Source: Octopus sinensis
Lineage: Eukaryota
Length of the DNA: 64,000 nt
Assembly: GCF_006345805.1 (NCBI RefSeq)
Contig: NC_043000.1
Coordinates: forward strand, 155,310,001-155,374,000
Direction of reading: 5' to 3'
The notes under the pieces are model-generated. The model did no database searches, was not told the origin of the DNA, and was given only the letters and a program-made list of their open reading frames with translations. The position numbers were made by a program, and so were the translations under genes. Shown here piece after piece: positions 41,351 through 53,810 of the stretch; position 1 is the stretch's first letter, and each line of letters starts with the position of its first letter.

Positions 41351-41674
41351 TACATATATATGCATATATATACACATATATATATACACACACATATATA
41401 CACAGAAATATACATACGTGAATATACCTATACATATATATACTTACATATATACATATATTTATATATATATATATATATACACAAACATGTATATAGA
41501 TACATAGTGAAACCAATATATATATATATATATATATACACATTGTGAAAGTATTAATAGGGAATCTATTGAAACTGAAAGTATTATCTCTCATTACAAT
41601 AGAAATGTTACTGATTCACTTTTGACACGTATTACTGAAATAGTGTAAGAGATAAGAGATTTCTCCGAGCTTGT

Positions 41675-41806
41675 ATTAGACAAGAAATTTTTTTGGCCTA
41701 TGAAACTGCATGGACCCTAAGTAAGGCATGTGTAAAATTTGAATGACACTGGTTGGGCCGTTTTCGAGTTTTAGCGATGCACAAATACAGACAAACAAAC
41801 ACACAA

Positions 41807-41810
<4 letters not shown>
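41675..41810 (-). mobile_element. Possible Helitron/Helentron-like 5' fragment
   Basis: TGTTTGTTTGTCTG...AAAACGGCCCAACC...AAATTTTACAC pattern typical of non-autonomous rolling-circle elements. Confidence 0.35.
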
Positions 41811-41842
<32 letters not shown>

Positions 41843-41997
41843 TTGCGTATGACAGTGTACTAAAACAGTAACCCATTCTTGACTCCCATTAATAAAAACA
41901 GTCGTGTAAGTGTTTGCACATATGAACATACATACATTCTAATGTATATATATGTATGTGTTTGTGTGTCTGTATACTTATATCTGTGTGTGTGTGA

Positions 41998-42062
<65 letters not shown>

Positions 42063-42449
42063 TGCTACCAAAACAAAAACGTTCTGTTGATATTTCTTAA
42101 CAAATACAGCAGTGTGTACCATTTAAACACCACCCAGAAAATTCCGATTACCACAAACACAAGTTCAACGCAAGTTCAAATCAATACCGAAATGTAGTTA
42201 CATATGACACCACACGCACGAACACACTATCACACACATACACACATACGGACACACACAAAGTAACACACACGCATACATAGAAACTAGCACACACACA
42301 CACACGCGCACTCTTAAATATGTATATGCAAAGATATATGAGTTTATTGTGCGCGTGGGTGCGTGTATTAATTAATGTGCACGTTAGTGTGTGTGTGTGT
42401 GAATCTGTGTGTGCGTGTGTTTATGTAATTATGTGTGCGTGTGTATTAT

Positions 42450-42960
42450 TGCTGGCAGAATCGTCACCATACAGGACAAAAATACTTGGTGTCGTTTCTT
42501 CTGGGTTTATGTTCTGACTAGCAGTATCGCCCGGCGTTGCTCGGGTTTGTAAGGGAAATAACTATATAAGCATTTTTAGAGATGTAAAGTATAATAGCCA
42601 TCTCAATATGGCTAACCACAAAGGGGGGGGGTGTTACTGTAGCTTTTTACGTTCTGAGATTTAATAATAAATTTTTAGAGAGTTACTTCCCTTATATATG
42701 CCAAAAATGCATTAAAAAATGGGAAAAATTGATGGTAAATTTTTTTTTTAAATCGTAGACTCATCGTAGACGCGCGCTAATACCCAGAAGGGCTCGATAT
42801 GAATCACGACTATAAGATACCAGCTTTTGGTTAAACTGCACCGCAAAATGTGGGAGTAGTTAGGAATCTAAATCGTAGGAGACAGACAGCACACAACCTC
42901 TCTTTTATATATAAAGATTTCAAATTCTCCCGATGTCGATTTTGCTTTCTTTCTTTTGAA
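42450..42960 (+). mobile_element. SINE family B interrupted by a Helitron
   Basis: GCTGGCAGAATCG...GTTCTGA | insert | TTTCAAATTCTCCCGATGTCGA. Confidence 0.75.
42518..42917 (-). mobile_element. Non-autonomous Helitron (400 bp)
   Basis: Minus strand starts TCTTTATATATAAAAG, ends with hairpin CCCGAGCAACGCCGGG then CTAG; inserted between A and T with no TSD. Confidence 0.88.
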
Positions 42961-43199
42961 CACAGTAACTAAGTACACTTGAGAAAAGGACTCGATGAAA
43001 TCGTATAATACCGCACCCCTAAAATACAGTCCTTGTGCCTGTAATATATAGCATTTTACATACACACACACTTGCATAAAATGAAGAGAAACCACAATAT
43101 CCCATCCAAAATAAAAGTATTTTAAACAATCAAAAACTGTCAACTAGATTATGCCTGGAAGATACTAGTTTACTCAAATAACCACCCTCAGATTCCTTT

Positions 43200-43680
43200 A
43201 CGACTTCAATCAGCTCCAGAACCTGGCGCATGCTTTCCTCAGTGGGTCCCCGGGAATGTCTTCGAACGGCTTATCGATCATGGCCGCTAGCTCGGACTTG
43301 GTGTATCAGGCAGGACGGTTGGAGGGGAGATATTCTTTCTCGACCGCTCCTCACGTGTAGATGTCCATGGGATTTTTTAAAAGTCGAGAGAATTAGGAGG
43401 CCGGAATTCGGGGCTGTTGAAATCGCAGGAAATAATCCGACAACCACAACTGACTTTTCCTGGAGGTATAACAAGGAGCCAGATCCTGCTGCCACACATA
43501 GATCTTCTGTAGCAATCCTCTCCAGACATGGTTTGACCAGTCTCCAGCAGCTTCACGTGGACGTCTGAAATGTGCCTGAGGCCCTGTTCAAAGATGTGGG
43601 ACGGCATGACGTCACGCCCATTGGAGACACATTCAAAGACCATCACATTTTGGGTTTTCAGGATGTCCACGTCACGCCTT
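43200..43680 (-). pseudogene. Tc1/mariner (maT/DD37D-like) transposase fragment
   Basis: VMVFECVS..DVMPSHIFEQGL, WQQDLAPCY, FRPPNSLDF.NPMD. Confidence 0.7.
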
Positions 43681-43861
43681 ACCTTACAGCATTTACATTG
43701 TTCACAGTGTACTGAGCGGCAGTCGTTTTACCGGTACTTTCATATCCGGCAAGAATCTTCATGATAGAGGTAATTCTATTCTAATACTTAGATGGTTTCC
43801 GGTCCTCCATGTCAGCTAAATGTTTCTCAGCTGCAACTTTAATATTTATGCTCTCCATTGC

Positions 43862-44298
43862 ATTTGCCATGCTGGGGTATCGCCTTGAGACTTTAATCGA
43901 ACAAATCGGTCCCAGTACTTATTTTTAAAGATTGATACTTATTCTATCGCTCTCTATTGCTTAAGTGCTAGGTTACAGGGACATAAACAAATAAGTACCG
44001 TTTGTTAAGCAGTGATAGGTAACAAATGCAAACACAAAGACATATATAGTTACACGTACACACACATACACACAACACACGCAAACACACACACACACAC
44101 ATACACACACACACACAAACACACACACAAGAAAACACGATAAAGTTCTTTCAGTTTCCGTTTAACAAATCTACTCATAAGGCTATTGCTTGCCAGCGGC
44201 AATAGCAGAAGACACCTGCCCAAGGTGACAGGTAGTGGGACTGAACCCGGAACCATGTGGTATGGAAGCGTACTTCATACCACTCAGCCACACCCGCG
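43862..44298 (-). mobile_element. SINE family A, diverged
   Basis: GTGGGACTGAACCCGGAACCATGTGG head and GCCATGCTGGG tail in reverse. Confidence 0.75.
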
Positions 44299-44301
44299 CA
44301 T

Positions 44302-44361
<60 letters not shown>

Positions 44362-45994
44362 ACGCACCAACGCACGCAAATACACACATGTGAATATATA
44401 GAGGCAGTTATGCTGATAAAGAAACATTAATATATTTGATGTATCTAATTTGTTTATTGCCTCAATACCCGCTGGACTCGATCCTTCTTATAGCCTTTCT
44501 ATACCTTGTGGAATGACCCTCTGTAAAGACATCGGAGTCCAAGTTTGATTCTTTTGAGCATTACAAAGTGTCTTATGTACGGAAAACCTGTGGATCTCAT
44601 CTGTGAACTATATATAAACATATACATACACACATATACTTGTGTGACAGACAGACAGACAGACAGAGAGACGGACGGACGGACGGATGGATGGATTTAG
44701 CATCGTCTGCGAAAATTGCAACATCCTCCAAAGAAACGCTTCAGTTAGCATCATCTTCCAAGTTACATCTTTCGTGGCTAGCATCAAATATATATCAGAT
44801 AACTCTTGGAGAACTTAGAACGACACTCGTCCATGATTATTAGGCAGAAGTTTACCACGTACAAGATCTAAAATACCATGGAAGATAGAAAATGATTTAT
44901 ACTTTGATCGTTTACGCTCCTGAATTTATTCAAATATTTTATGTTACGATTGACTGTAATTTACTAAACTCGTATTAATAAATGCGTGGTTCCTAAGATG
45001 TCTTATTTGATTAAAGTTATAATATAAGCTAGGCTTTCAAGTGATTTTCTCCATAATGAAATTTATGTAATGTGTTAGTGTTACATCTTGTAAAGCGATT
45101 AAATGGTTTCCGTTATAGTATTCTATTAAAAATAGTGTTTTATCTATTAGAAAAAGTTATTGGAAAGTTATTATTTCTCTTAAATTGATTGTCGTTCTTC
45201 ATTGTAAGCGTAAGGTAGTTATTGTTAAAAGAAATATGAATGTTTGATAATATCTATAACTTCTCGTGACATTATCTGTTTCGCGTTGGTTTAGTTATTG
45301 CTTCAAACATATTTTAAAGCAAATATGATGGTTTAACTTAATAGTTATTTTACAAGATGTGCTTACTTCAAATAGATCATTGACTTGTCTAAGAAAGTTC
45401 AAATTTTATACTTTCTACGTGTAGAAATTATATCCAAAATTCCATTAAAATGTGGCAATAAAATGTTTTCATTTGGTGTTACTTCATTTCTCACATTTTA
45501 TCTATTAAAAGCTATTCTTTTAATCAGTTATTACGTTATGTTTGATAAAAATGGTAGTTCTGAAATAACTGTTAAATTCGTTTATTGCTTTCAAGTATTA
45601 TTTAAATATAATCTCTATTAACTGACCTTAAATTTATGATACTCTCTTGCGTTCATAACCCATCATTAAGTTTAAGACTATGAGCATGCTACAAAAAAAC
45701 ACATTTCTCAAAGTGATAGTGCTCTTTTGTTTTTTATAATTTCTGCTACTTTAAATATTTGTGAATAAGAATTTGGTTTTGATAGTACTGTGCTTCGAGT
45801 AAGTACGTATGATTCACCCGTAGAAATTTTATTTATATATTGTATATTTTATTATCTATAATATAATTTCCTTTGTTGCTATGTGTGTAATGCTATAAAT
45901 GTACTTAACTATGTAACGAAATATCCGTAACATTTAACATAATGAGAGCAATGCTGCGAAACTCTCGCATAAACCATGCTTCAAAATAAATACC

Positions 45995-46180
45995 TCTTCT
46001 GCTATGGACACAAGGCTTGAAATTTGTTGGGAGATGATTAGTCGTTTACATCGACCCCGGTACTCAAAAGTACTTATTTTATCATTTTCGAAAATATGAA
46101 AATCGACCTGGGGGGCTTTTGAAGTCGGAACGTAGAGCGGAAACTATTTTGTCCAGCTGCTAACGATCTTGGCAGCTCGG
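45995..46180 (-). mobile_element. SINE family B, diverged
   Basis: ATCGACCCC..TACTCA..TACTTATTTTATC...TAACGAT. Confidence 0.55.
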
Positions 46181-47300
46181 AGCCTTAGTCTTCAATGTAA
46201 ATTTATGAAAATTTATAAAACGCGGAAATTCCACGGCCCCTACTATTATTACACAATATTACTTACTAATATAGATTCGTTCTGGGTTGACTTTATCTTC
46301 CACCTTATTAAAATTGATAAAATATACTACCAATCAGATCGATACTTGGATCGTCGGTTCCCTCGCCTCACATTTCTGACTTTGTACCTAGATCAGAAGT
46401 TATTACTTCGTATACCCATGCATTTAAAAATGCACATATACGTACATGTATGCATTAATATAGTTGCAGATACAGACACATATGTTTAATTGTGTGTGAT
46501 TATACTCTCTAAATATTTAAGCGTCATTTTCCTCGATTCGTACCATACACTTACACATACACGACAACTCTTTAGTACCGTTGCCTCAACGACAATTCAA
46601 AATGCTTCTAACTTCTACATCACCCACATTGAAGTAATTGCAATGTAATACACAGCGACATTCATGAGTGAAGTGCACTCTCTAGAGTTCTATCTATCGA
46701 TGCATTAACAAGAAAATTTTAACGGAATAGTGAACTACATTGCCTCAATATTAATTCCCCCGTAACTAATATACAACTCAAACTGCTAATGTTAGAGGAA
46801 GCTCAGGGCTATCTTAACATAGCACATAGTTTACGAATATTAATATATATATCATCTGCTTCGTTTCGCCATCAATTCAATCTAGAGTGTTAGAAAGTAC
46901 ATGTGACTTAATAGAAACTCATTAAAAAGGCTTTCGTGTCGACTTTTTAAAATATTCATGTTAATATATGTGTGTGTTTGTGTGTGTATGTGTGTGCGTG
47001 TAGTGCATATTCATGTGAGTGTATGTGAATGTGTGTGTATGTGTATGTATATATATATATATTATGTATATAATATATATATATATGTATATTATATATT
47101 ACATATATATGTGTGTGTGTGTGTATACATACATACATAAACGCAAGCATATCTCTCTCTCTCTCTATATATATATAGATAATATATATATATTTATATA
47201 AATATATATATATAATAAATTTCAGGGACGTACAGTTACTGGAAAAAGTATAATATTATTTGCATTGGGAACTTCTTTTCATCGAAAACCGGTGATTGTC

Positions 47301-47343
47301 GCACGCCGATGACGGGTCAATACCCAGAAACTGCAGTCCGTGC
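47301..47343 (+). ncRNA. Minimal type I hammerhead ribozyme motif
   Basis: GCACG-CCGATGA-C-GGGT(CAAT)ACCC-A-GAAAC-TGCA-GTC-CGTGC: 5-bp stem I, palindromic helix III ACTGCAGT, GUC triplet; U4C variant and C.A at the base of stem II. Confidence 0.65.
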
Positions 47344-47722
47344 ATATCACTTAGGTTGACGAGGGAAGGATGACTTCCCTTTGCAAATACCATAAGGGCA
47401 CAGAAAGTGTGCCTAAAGCCAGCTGGAGATGATGTTCTCCTGGGGCTACAAGCTACAGTAACACCCACCCTTAGTGGTTAGCCATATTGAGATGGCAAGT
47501 ATACCTCACACATATATATATATATAGAGAGAGAGAGACAGACAGACAGACATACAGAGTAAACAGAGTTAGCGGTTATAAAAACTGACTAAGGGATAAA
47601 ATATCCGTATGTACTATCGGTATCCATTATCCGTGTTATCCCCGAGCATTAGTGTGCAAGCACACTATGCACGTGGAGTGTAGGTTATAACAGGATAAAT
47701 AAGAGTTTATCAGGAAATAAAT

Positions 47723-48447
47723 ACAAATAATCAGAAAATGGAGAAAGCCTCAGATTAACAAACAACACGTCGATTGGACCACATTTATAGTTTATTTTTT
47801 AACACAAAGCATGACATAACAAATAGATGACGTAACAAATCTTACGGCCGTTTCTGTATCCGTTGCCAAATGCTGTCTATAAATAATTGCGAAGATAAAA
47901 TTCTTCATCTTCATAGGGCATTCGAATTAAGACACGGAGCTTTATCAGACTGAAAAAAAGAGCATACAGCGTAAACAAAAGGAAGAAGGAATAGGAAAGA
48001 AAATATGGCCTATAAAAGGAGTCTAGAAGCCCAATATATTAAAAAATATATAATCTACCATCTTGGGGCTACAGGGTCTGTAGGTAAAACAGGAACTCGT
48101 AGCCCCTAGATAGTAGATTATAGGCTTTTAATGTATTGGACTTCTACACTTCTTTTCTAGGCTATGTTGTTTTTCCTATTCCTTCTTCCCTTTGTTTATA
48201 CTGGATGGACTTGTTTTTTACCCTGATGAAGCTCCGTACCTTAATTTGAATACCCCATGAAGATAAAGACTTATATTTTCGCAATTATTTATAGACAGCG
48301 TTTGGCAATGGATACAGAAACGGCCGTAAGATTTGTTTGTCAACTATTTGTTATGTCATGCTTTGTATTAAAAAATAAACTATAAATGTGGTCCAATCGA
48401 CGTGTTGTTTGTTAATTTGAGGTTTCCTCCATTTTCTAATTATTTGT
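47723..48447. repeat. Long imperfect palindrome (~355-bp arms, loop under ~10 nt)
   Basis: ACAAATAATCAGAAAATGGAG...GTCGATTGGACCACATTTATAG left end pairs with CTATAAATGTGGTCCAATCGAC...CTCCATTTTCTAATTATTTGT right end; centre ~48085. Confidence 0.93.
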
Positions 48448-48493
48448 GTGTGTGTGTGTGGTGTGTGTGTGTGTGTGTGCGCGCGCGCGCATA

Positions 48494-48526
<33 letters not shown>

Positions 48527-48559
48527 ACACAAATGCGTGTATATATATATCTATTCTTC

Positions 48560-48735
48560 TTTTATTCTTTTGCTCGTTTCAGCCATTTGAATGTTGCCAT
48601 ACTGGAGCACCACCTTTAGTCGAACAAATCGACTCCAGAACTTATTCTTTGTAAGCCTAGCACTTATTCTACGCAGTGGAACTGAACCCGGTACCATGTG
48701 GTTGGGAAGCTAGCTTCTTACCACGCAACCACGCC
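48560..48735 (-). mobile_element. SINE family A with large internal deletion
   Basis: Tail joined directly to head (CTTATTCT|ACGCAGTGGAACTGAACCC). Confidence 0.75.
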
Positions 48736-48743
48736 GTACGTAT

Positions 48744-48799
<56 letters not shown>

Positions 48800-49380
48800 T
48801 ATATGCATATGTATATGCATTTGTAATGCGCATACGTAATTTAAGTAGTAAGACATACATATATCCATGAAACGCACAATTGCATTCTCATTGCGCCATT
48901 GTAAAAATGTAGTAGACAGAAATAGACACATAGAAGCGCGGGTATCTCTATATATATAAAACTGAGAATGTATGTATGTATGTATGTATGTATGTATGTA
49001 TGTATGTATGTATGTATGTATACACTATACACGGTTGGCAAACTCATATGATGTATCATAAGTCCCAGGTTTACACACATATGTATGTAGTGAATCATAG
49101 TCATGCGTCACGCATGCACACCGAATCCCAAACTAATGGTAACACTGAAACAAAACCGTGTGCGTTCCCTAGAGCTATACTATTCTGTTACATTTCCTCT
49201 TTTCCTCTTGCATGTCTAATCGATTATTGATTACTAATGATTGCATTTATTGATAGTCTGCTCTGCAGCGAAACACACAGCAATTATAAATGTCCCACTG
49301 CCCTGGACAGCGATGAAAACTGGGTTTCAATTCTTTATGCCGATAAGGGAATATCATTATTATTATTATTATTATTATTA

Positions 49381-49424
<44 letters not shown>

Positions 49425-49778
49425 TCCTTATTATTATTATTTGCAGGAATAGTTCTTTCATGTGAAAACTAATATATTTTTCTTGGTTGATGGAGAAATG
49501 AGGATAATAATGCTCCAGTTGTGATGGGTTTTGGTGTTTTGTTGTTAGTTTTTCGAATATTTTTTTGCTGCTTGTGATAATAATAAAGGAGTTAATGATG
49601 TGCTGGTGATATGGAGTTGCTGCTGCAGTTGCCGCAGGTGTTGATGGCAGGTGTGGTTGAGGTGGTGTTAGTTGTTGTTATTCTTCATTTTCCTGATAGT
49701 GTCAATAACAATTATTAATACTAATGATGATGTTAAATATACTTGTTAAGACTATTCATACTGTTATAATTGTCAATG

Positions 49779-49814
<36 letters not shown>

Positions 49815-51419
49815 AGGAGTGGTAAGAGGAAAATAATTACTACCAATATACTCCAGATTGAACTGTCGGCAAGGTGTGATTTGAAGGGGATTTGACTACT
49901 GTTTCTGGCACGTAATCGTTTGAAGGTTTCTTCAGATGGCTGGACAGGGAAAATCATAATATTGTTCCACCTAATGCTTATTATTATGATGTTGGTCTTG
50001 GATGCCGGTTTTGCTTCTAAAATTGTATACATTGGACCAGTGTAGATAATGTGGCGATCAAATGTGACTTGGGGTATTCTAGATGATGAAGAGATCATGT
50101 ACTTCCACCCTCCCTGTATATAATACGCTCACGTGGTCGCACCAGTTGATCCTGTCACCTCTTATCACCCACGAACTTCTCCATTGGACCTTCTACCTTT
50201 CTACTCTTTACGGATTCTCTTTTGGACAGTTTACCCTCCGGCTGCACCTCTCCTACCTATGGATTACTGTGGACTCTACTTCCACTATTAATCTGTTTTC
50301 CGTCATTTGATCGTCAAAGGTTGTTTCCGCTATGGCAGCAATATAACGAACGCCACATCTTTGTCTGCCCTCTGTCTTCCTTGCACTCAAATGAAGGCTA
50401 AATGTTGGAAAAGTTAGAATATACACTCATCATAGTATTGACGTCATAGAACTTTCATACGAGCTTTTCTACTGAATAATTATGCAGCGAATTGTTAGTC
50501 ATTAGATTCCATGACAGATGCTACACGAGTATTTGTTTAGACTGTCTGCTCTGAGTTCAAATTCTGCCGAGGACATTATACCTTTCGTCCTTTCGGAGTG
50601 GATAAAATAGTGCCCATTCTGGGTGTTAGGGTAGCAGAGCTGTAAGAACTTCGGAGTAGATACCTTGTGGTATTTGTTCCGGCCCTTTGTTTTCTGAATA
50701 CAAATCCTGCTATTGCCCACTTGGATGACAGGCATAATTCGTCACCCTGTTTAACACCACCACTTGGACGTTGGCTGCCTTCAGTGAACCTTTTTCTATT
50801 GCAAGCGTTTGGATCATTGCGTCGATCTGAGGATAACTTACCCCCTCTCTTTGTTGGTGACGTAAACCTTCGCCAACTTTTCTGGATGATGGATTTTATC
50901 GTTTATTAGTACCATCAGCTCATACTTAGATATATATAATCACTTTTCGTTGGTTCCTTCTATATTATAAAAATATATATAATATAATAGCCATGAAAGA
51001 AAATTTAATAACTATCATCATGAGGTGAATTTCATTCCTTTTGATGAAAAGGGTACAACCATACAATGTCCCCTCCATTAATTACGGGTGCATATTTTGC
51101 TACATGTACTAGATTCAAAACAAAGGTAACTCAAGAAGATTTTGAACTCATGACGTATACTCATGAAAGAAATTTCCCACTTCTTCACCCTTATGAACGT
51201 GGTTACTAAAGTACGAACTGGCGTATTCACTTCTACGTAGCTGTTCGGTAATTAGAAATAGCTACCAAATCACCCTCGAATCAAACCCTACTGTTTTAAA
51301 TAAATGATTTGTTTTTGGAGAGTAATCTTTGGAATTGGTTCGATCACAAGTCTGCTTGGTCTGAGATAAACAACAACAATTAAAATAATAGTAATAGGAA
51401 CATTACCCCGAGCCGTATT

Positions 51420-52270
51420 CTTATTTCATGGTCTCCGTTTCTTGATTGGTCTATAATGACACTCAGATATTTGAACTTGGTGACTTATTCTAAAGTGACT
51501 CTTTAGAAGAGGCCGTTGAGTTGCTCTACTGTTTTTGTCAATGCCGTGTTTTTTATCTTCTTTGTATTAATTTCCGGGCATTATCCACTTGATACACTTC
51601 ACACCTTGTCTAGTAACCACTGTAGCGCCTTTGGTGATGTTGCGATAAAGACTATACAATATCAAATTGTAGATTATTGATGCTCTTTCCCCTGGGGGTG
51701 ATTCTTGTCCATTCTGTAAACCTTTTCCACTCTGACAGTTGGTTCCTGTAGATATTTCTAACCAGGGTACAGCTCTAGTATTCATACCCATCCATTTTAA
51801 TACAGGCCAAAGGGCTTTATGTCGTTTTGAGTCGAATGTCTTGTTGTAGTACATGAAAGTTAAGCACAGTGGGATATTGAATTTTTGAACTTTTTGAGTG
51901 AAAGTCTTTAGGTTAAATATCCAGTCCGCGATCTCTGTAGTAAGACACATCGAAGGATCTTGCATTATTTGCACTGATTGATGACTTTGGTGGATCATGA
52001 GTCTTTCGGCATTGGAATAATTACTGATCTAGCCTTGTATGACGGTGATTCACAAACGGATGGTTCCGTCTAATTAGTTCTGCAGGTAAATCGTCAATTC
52101 TAGAAGTTCTCTTTTTTGTGGGCTGTTTTCTAATAGCATTTCTTACAACTGACTCCGAGTCAGAATTGAGATTGATTTCCGCTGGTAGCGAGATATACTG
52201 GTCCAGATATAGACTTTCTCGTTATTCTTCCCATATCTTGAGAGTGCTTTGTAGATTACCAAACACTTTA
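51420..52270 (-). pseudogene. Degenerate RTE-like RT remnant
   Basis: DWIFNLK..QKFNIPLCLTFMYYNKTFDS..HKALW resembles DQIF..R...DY.KAFDSV.H..LW. Confidence 0.5.
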
Positions 52271-52661
52271 CCTATGAGTCTTTGATGTTTCTTTCTATTT
52301 TGGTTTCAATCCTTTCTTTATGGTCTGTATCATGTGTATGCTATTATTTCAGACATAGCCTCTGATTGAGGAAAAACGTTCACCAGAAGATAGGTTTGTG
52401 ACAATAAAGACGGCTATAAAAGCGACACCATTGTAATCTTGGATATCAGAAGAGTTTCTATTACTGATAGATCAAAGAGCAGAACTCAAAATGGAATCAT
52501 CTGCAGTAAAGTATAAAGGATTAAGATATCAAGAGATTAAAAGTGCAGTGCAAATATAGGCGAGTAACGACAAAACGAAATGGCTGGAAGACAAATGTGT
52601 TGCGGTTCAGCACCAATTTTACACACACACACACACACGTATGCACATATACATAGAATGC

Positions 52662-52717
<56 letters not shown>

Positions 52718-52815
52718 CATATATATTTTTTTTTATATGTATACATACACACATATAAGTATAAAACTTACTTGGAAAGGGATGCATAGCGTTCGATCAT
52801 ATAATAGTAATATAA

Positions 52816-52846
<31 letters not shown>

Positions 52847-52955
52847 ATAATATATATACTCTTTATCTTTTTTTAAACTTTTAATACTTTTGATATTTAT
52901 ATAAAAAAAAATAATAAATAAATAAATAAATAAAATAATATATAAATATAAAAAT

Positions 52956-52989
<34 letters not shown>

Positions 52990-53139
52990 TGTATATATAT
53001 ATTTAAAATTTATAAGTTTAAATTATTTAAATAATTTTTTAATTTTTAACTTTTATATTTTTAAATTAATTTTTATGTATTGGCTTATGTTTTTCACTGT
53101 TTGATTTGCCTAATAGTGGTTTTATCTCTAATATAATAT

Positions 53140-53810
53140 ATATATATATATATGCATATATACACACACAAATGTACATACTTCCATATATATGTATATA
53201 TACATGCATATGTGTACAAGACGTCAAAAGAACGTGAACAAAATGAGAAACGAAAACAAAAAACAAAAGCATAGAAAACGAACTTTTTTTCGAACAATCA
53301 AAGAAATAAATAGAGAAACGAGACAGGCAACATAAAGAACATTCCTTTCATCAGTTGTCCTCTGTTTCATCTACTCCGCGTTTCGAAGATAGGGACAAGA
53401 CGTGACTTCGTTAAAACAGTCCTTCCCGCAAAGCAAATTAAAATTTAGGATTTTTTGTAGAGGTTTAAAGTAGTGACAAAAACAGGACAGTAAGAATAAA
53501 ACAGTAAAAACAAACAGTGAACGCTGGAAAAACGAGCTTTGAGAAGAGGCAGGCAAAAACACGTCTTGTCTTTAGGAAGGAAGTGGAAGATAGCCGTTGG
53601 TCACGTGTGAACAACGAGAGAGTGAAGGAGGAAGAGTGGTTTTACTCTCCCATACTTCCTCTCCCCTTCACCGCCCCTCTCTATCTCTCTCACTCTTATC
53701 TCGTTTCTCATTTTGTTTACGTTTCTTTGGCGTCCTGTACCCATATATGCATATATATATATATACATATATACGTAGGCATGTACATGTGTGTGCATAT
53801 ATGCATATAT
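53140..53810. repeat. Element bounded by ~100-bp inverted repeats that merge into (TA)-rich DNA
   Basis: GTACAAGACGTCAAAAGAACGTGAACAAAATGAGAAACGA (~53214-53253) vs TCGTTTCTCATTTTGTTTACGTTTCTTTGGCGTCCTGTAC (53701-53740). Confidence 0.65.

Noticed and set aside
47723-48447. G-U wobble bias indicating RNA-level selection on one strand
   Set aside because: The arm differences I compared are transitions in both directions, consistent with ordinary divergence.
48945-48975. Second Helitron (TCTCTATATATATAAAACTGAG start)
   Set aside because: Only a 5'-like end; no convincing hairpin plus CTAG terminus.
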